A stretch of DNA of 10,100 nucleotides from an uncultured bacterium (GTDB lineage Bacteria; Schekmanbacteria; GWA2-38-11; J061). This document shows positions 7,003-10,100 of the stretch, piece by piece (position 1 is the stretch's first letter; every line of letters begins with the position of its first letter). The translations under genes were made by a program, and so were the position numbers. The stretch lies in NCBI GenBank assembly GCA_964549305.1, contig CAZJVM010000006.1, forward strand, positions 1 through 10,100, in the 5' to 3' direction. Below the pieces are notes generated by a model. The model had not been told where the DNA came from and did not search any database. It saw only the letters and a list, made by a program, of their open reading frames with translations.

Positions 7003-8183
7003 TGATTTTTAAAACTTTTGAATCCGATAGTGTTGGAAAAGGCCTTAAACTGGTCAAAAAAGAAATGGGCGCCGATGCGATAATTGTGTCCACAAGAACA
7101 AAAAAACCAAATATTCTTAAAGGTGAGTTTTCAAAAAGAATTGAAATTGTAGCCGCCTATGATGACGGGGTCTATACAAGCCCGGAATCTGCACCCTCTC
7201 TGTACAACAGAACATCGTTTAAGCAAAACGAGGAAAAGAGTTATTCGACAAACCCATTTTTTGAGGCAAAAGAAAATCTTTCGGGTATTCTTAAAAAGAA
7301 CATGCTTAAAAAAGCGGAAAAATCTCCCTCTGCGTCAGCGGCATTTTTTTTCAACAACTACTTCAAAACAATCGGTGATTTAGAAAGATTTTTCAGAATA
7401 ACGGGCATCCACGAAGATATAATCAGCATTCTCATTGGCGAAATATCGGAGTATGCGGCGCCTAATCAGAATCTGTCGCCGGAATTAAGGTATAAAGCGA
7501 TTACAGATAAAATGGCATCTCTTATAAATGTTTCTCCTCCTATTTCAATACCGGAAAAAAATCAGAGAATAATAGCGCTAACAGGAACTACAGGTGTGGG
7601 AAAAACAACGACTATTGCCAAGATTGCCGCGGAAATGAGCATACTCAAGGAGAAAAAGGTCGGGCTGATAACCGTGGACTCATACAGAATTGCCGCAACC
7701 AGGCAGTTGCAAACATATGCGGACATTATGGACATCGACATCAAAGTCGCTCAATCCGGAAAAGAGCTTCAAAATGCCGTAAAGACCTTTAAATCAAAAG
7801 ATCTGATTTTAATTGATACGCCGGGACACAGCCACAGAAATTCCGAACGCATCAAAGAAATCAATGAGATGTTTAAAAATTCCCTTAACATTGAAACCTG
7901 GCTTCTTATATCGGCGTCCACGAAAACAGATGATGCCGTAGACATTATTCGGGAACATTCTGTTACGGGAGTGTCGGGACTCATTTACACAAAACTCGAT
8001 GAGACATCAGGCTATGAAACTCTTTTCAATACATCGTTAATTTCAGGCCTTCCCGTTTTTTACTTTACCACGGGTCAGGAAGTTCCAAAGGATATCGAGG
8101 AGGCATCAGCTAAAAAAATCATAAATTCCTTCTTTACTAAATTCGCTAACAGAAACTCTAACAATAAAAATCTGGAGAACTAA
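7002..8183 (+). CDS. flhF: SRP-family GTPase FlhF (flagellar placement)
   Basis: 393 aa with a TAATG overlap with flhA. FlhF-type N-terminus (KTF......LKLVKKEMGADAIIVSTR). P-loop GTTGVGKTTT, then DSYRIAA, G3 DTPG, G4 TKLDET and G5 TTGQEVPKDI. Confidence 0.96.
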   Translation: MIFKTFESDSVGKGLKLVKKEMGADAIIVSTRTKKPNILKGEFSKRIEIVAAYDDGVYTSPESAPSLYNRTSFKQNEEKSYSTNPFFEAKENLSGILKKNMLKKAEKSPSASAAFFFNNYFKTIGDLERFFRITGIHEDIISILIGEISEYAAPNQNLSPELRYKAITDKMASLINVSPPISIPEKNQRIIALTGTTGVGKTTTIAKIAAEMSILKEKKVGLITVDSYRIAATRQLQTYADIMDIDIKVAQSGKELQNAVKTFKSKDLILIDTPGHSHRNSERIKEINEMFKNSLNIETWLLISASTKTDDAVDIIREHSVTGVSGLIYTKLDETSGYETLFNTSLISGLPVFYFTTGQEVPKDIEEASAKKIINSFFTKFANRNSNNKNLEN

Positions 8184-9113
8184 ATGGATCAGGCAACGTC
8201 ATTAAGAAAAATTGCCACCTTCTCAAGGGGTCAGCAAAAACTAAAGAAATTCGGATATTCAACCACAGAAGAAGAGAGAAACAATGTAAGCATAATATCC
8301 GTTACAAGCGGGAAAGGAGGCGTGGGAAAAACCAATATAGTAGGCAACCTTGCGTACTCACTGTCACAGCTTGGGAAGAAAGTACTTATTCTCGATGCAG
8401 ATTTGGGCCTTGGAAATATGGATGTTCTTTTGGGAATAACTCCAAAATACAATCTGCTCCATGTATTAATGGGAGTAAAAAAAATTGAAGAAATAATTAT
8501 CGAAGGTCCCGGAGGAATCCTCATTCTTCCTGCCGCTTCCGGTGTTGAAGAATTGACACGTCTTACGGATGAGCAAAAACTACTTATTCTGTCGGAATTT
8601 GAACGGCTCGACATTGAAATAGATACGCTTCTCATAGACACCAGTGCGGGTATTTCATCAAATGTAATGTATTTTAATACTGCATCGCAGCATATTTTAG
8701 TTATTGCCACTCCGGATCCAACATCAATTACAGACGCATACGCTATTATTAAGGTCCTTTCACTTAAATACGCGGAAAAGAAATTTAATCTGCTCGTTAA
8801 CTGCGCAAGTACAAAAAACGAAGCAACCAATGTTTATGAGACTATCAGCAAGGCGACTGAAGAATTTCTTCACGTATCTGTAAACTATCTTGGATATATA
8901 CCAAGAGATATGAATTTTATAACTTCAATCAGAAAACAAAAACTTATAACGCAATTTAACCCTAATTCAGAAGCCAGTTTATCAATTAAATCCCTTGCTA
9001 AAAAAATCGATGACCTTTCGGAGATTTGTATTCCAAAGGGCAACATACAGTTTTTTTGGAACAGAATCGTCAACGGAATTAATAATGAACAAAATCTTGA
9101 CGATGCTTCTTAA
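8184..9113 (+). CDS. flhG: MinD/ParA-family ATPase FlhG/FleN (flagellar number regulator)
   Basis: 309 aa abutting the flhF stop, with SD GGAG at 8174-8177. N-terminal FlhF-activator helix DQATSLR, deviant Walker A SGKGGVGKT, DADLGLGN, PDPTSITDAYA, and a C-terminal amphipathic membrane-targeting-like segment IQFFWNRIV. Confidence 0.97.
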   Translation: MDQATSLRKIATFSRGQQKLKKFGYSTTEEERNNVSIISVTSGKGGVGKTNIVGNLAYSLSQLGKKVLILDADLGLGNMDVLLGITPKYNLLHVLMGVKKIEEIIIEGPGGILILPAASGVEELTRLTDEQKLLILSEFERLDIEIDTLLIDTSAGISSNVMYFNTASQHILVIATPDPTSITDAYAIIKVLSLKYAEKKFNLLVNCASTKNEATNVYETISKATEEFLHVSVNYLGYIPRDMNFITSIRKQKLITQFNPNSEASLSIKSLAKKIDDLSEICIPKGNIQFFWNRIVNGINNEQNLDDAS

Positions 9114-9127
9114 AGGAAAATGAAACA

Positions 9128-9307
9128 ATGGACAGGCTACCGAGTTTTTTTAGTTTACTTGCGGCGATAATAATAATTACCACAGGATTGATTAGCAGAT
9201 GGTCGCCGGAAGCAATAGTTTACAGAACGCTTATAAGCGTTGGCTTAATAGCTATTTTGGGAAAAATCCTCATAAAGATAATCGTTTCATTTGAGAGGAC
9301 TAGATGA
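9128..9307 (+). CDS. Small hypothetical membrane protein (59 aa, two predicted TM helices), not in ORF track
   Basis: Manual translation: MDRLPSFFSLLAAIIIITTGLISRWSPEAIVYRTLISVGLIAILGKILIKIIVSFERTR*. AAGGA at 9113-9117 lies 10 nt before the ATG. The TGA stop (9305-9307) overlaps the fliA ATG as ATGA, like fliN/fliO and fliQ/fliR. It fills the only large gap (190 nt) in the operon. An in-frame TGA at 9098-9100 with no intervening start codon fixes the start. Confidence 0.8.
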   Translation: MDRLPSFFSLLAAIIIITTGLISRWSPEAIVYRTLISVGLIAILGKILIKIIVSFERTR

Positions 9308-10071
9308 ATAAATTAAACGCCTATAGAAAAGAACAGGCATTTAGCGAACAATCAAAAAAAGAAATTATAATTGAATATGCGCCTGTAATTAAAAACATTG
9401 CCATAAGATGCGCGAAAAGGTTTGCTCCCTATATCTCCATTGAGGACATGATTAATGTAGGAGTCATTGGTTTAATCGATGCTATTGAAAAATACAACGA
9501 ATCTTTAGGAGTAAAATTCAGAACTTACGCAGAATACAGAATACGTGGCGCAATGCTCGATGAATTAAGGAAATTTGACTGGGTCCCCCGTTCAATGAGA
9601 GATAAAATAAAGGCACTTGAAAGAGTATTCACCAGGCTTGAGCAAAAGTTTTCAAGGACACCTACAACAGATGAACTTGCGCAGGAAATGGGTGTGCCCG
9701 TTGAAAGGGTGCATTCTATTCTTTTCAATTCAGCAAAATGTTCTCTGATTAGCCTTAACGAACTTGAAGATAACAGCGCTATCAGGGAAAAAAAATATTT
9801 GCCCAGCATACTTTTGCAATCCGATGACGAAATCATAGCCAAACTAAACCTCGAGAATCTTAAAATAATTCTTTCAAAGGTTATCGACAACCTTCCGGAA
9901 AAGGAAAAACTGATCATATCCCTTTATTATTATGATGAAATAACAATGAAAGAAATCGGAGACATACTTGGCGTAACGGAATCGAGAGTATCGCAAATTC
10001 ATTCAAAGGCACTTTTTACACTAAAAACGAAAATTAAAAATAATTTAAAAGATAAGGAAAATAGCATTTAA
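9304..10071 (+). CDS. fliA: RNA polymerase sigma-28 factor FliA/WhiG family
   Basis: 255 aa. Region 2: EDMINVGVIGLIDAIEKY....GVKFRTYAEYRIRGAMLDELRKFDWVPRS. Region 3: RTPTTDELAQEMG. Region 4: LPEKEKLIISLYYYDEITMKEIGDILGVTESRVSQIHSKAL. SD AGAGGA at 9294-9299. Follows flhF-flhG. Confidence 0.97.
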   Translation: MNKLNAYRKEQAFSEQSKKEIIIEYAPVIKNIAIRCAKRFAPYISIEDMINVGVIGLIDAIEKYNESLGVKFRTYAEYRIRGAMLDELRKFDWVPRSMRDKIKALERVFTRLEQKFSRTPTTDELAQEMGVPVERVHSILFNSAKCSLISLNELEDNSAIREKKYLPSILLQSDDEIIAKLNLENLKIILSKVIDNLPEKEKLIISLYYYDEITMKEIGDILGVTESRVSQIHSKALFTLKTKIKNNLKDKENSI

Positions 10072-10100
10072 TTATTGCCGAATCAAAACCGAAAAGCTTT

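Noticed and set aside
8231..8830. 199-aa minus-strand ORF
   Set aside because: It lies entirely antisense to the well-conserved flhG and has no recognisable motifs; a typical shadow ORF.
120..9073. Remaining short minus-strand ORFs (60-91 aa) and the + strand alternate-frame ORF 7159-7383
   Set aside because: All overlap confidently identified flagellar genes and show no independent coding signal or recognisable domain.
9120..9170. Alternative ATG at 9120 giving a 16-aa peptide (MKQWTGYRVFLVYLRR)
   Set aside because: Only 2 nt from the AAGGA, too close for an SD. The 9128 frame is longer, protein-like and couples to fliA.
9144..9170. GGCGATAA (9163-9170), a 7/8 match to the sigma-28 -10 box upstream of fliA (possible autoregulatory promoter)
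   Set aside because: There is no TAAA-like -35 at the required spacing (GTTT is found there), and the sequence is explained by Ala-Ala-Ile-Ile codons of the small ORF.
1597..9795. Homopolymer runs (A8 1597-1604, T8 7344-7351, A8 9788-9795) as phase-variation tracts
   Set aside because: Short A/T runs are expected in AT-rich DNA, all frames are intact, and there are no long poly-G/C tracts.
9525..9917. 130-aa minus-strand ORF
   Set aside because: Antisense to fliA, with the Ser/Phe/Leu-rich composition expected from the reverse complement of Lys/Glu-rich codons.
10075..10100. Possible next gene starting at TTG 10075
   Set aside because: Only 8 codons are visible and the nearest SD-like AAGGA (10054-10058) is 16 nt away, so it cannot be supported.

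Overview
The whole window is one tightly packed, + strand bacterial flagellar operon segment. The order is the 3' end of fliL, then fliM, fliN, fliO, fliP, fliQ, fliR, flhB, flhA, flhF, flhG (fleN), a 59-codon two-transmembrane ORF missing from the ORF track, and fliA (sigma-28). All intergenic gaps are 21 nt or less, or the genes overlap. I see no RNA genes, mobile elements, CRISPR arrays, long repeats or terminators. The gene order and the FlhF/FlhG pair resemble flagellar clusters of Desulfobacterota/Nitrospirota-like diderm bacteria (inference only; the DNA looks AT-rich by eye, not computed). This is a core motility locus, not evidently a new system. The best leads are: (i) the small membrane-protein gene coupled to fliA; (ii) substitutions in normally near-invariant motifs (FlhB NPTH->NPTT, FlhA D208-equivalent->E, FlhF GPTG->GTTG and DTAGR->DTPGH, FliM GGxG->GGKN); (iii) an A8 tract just before the fliM/fliN overlap, where loss of one A gives an in-frame FliM-FliN fusion.
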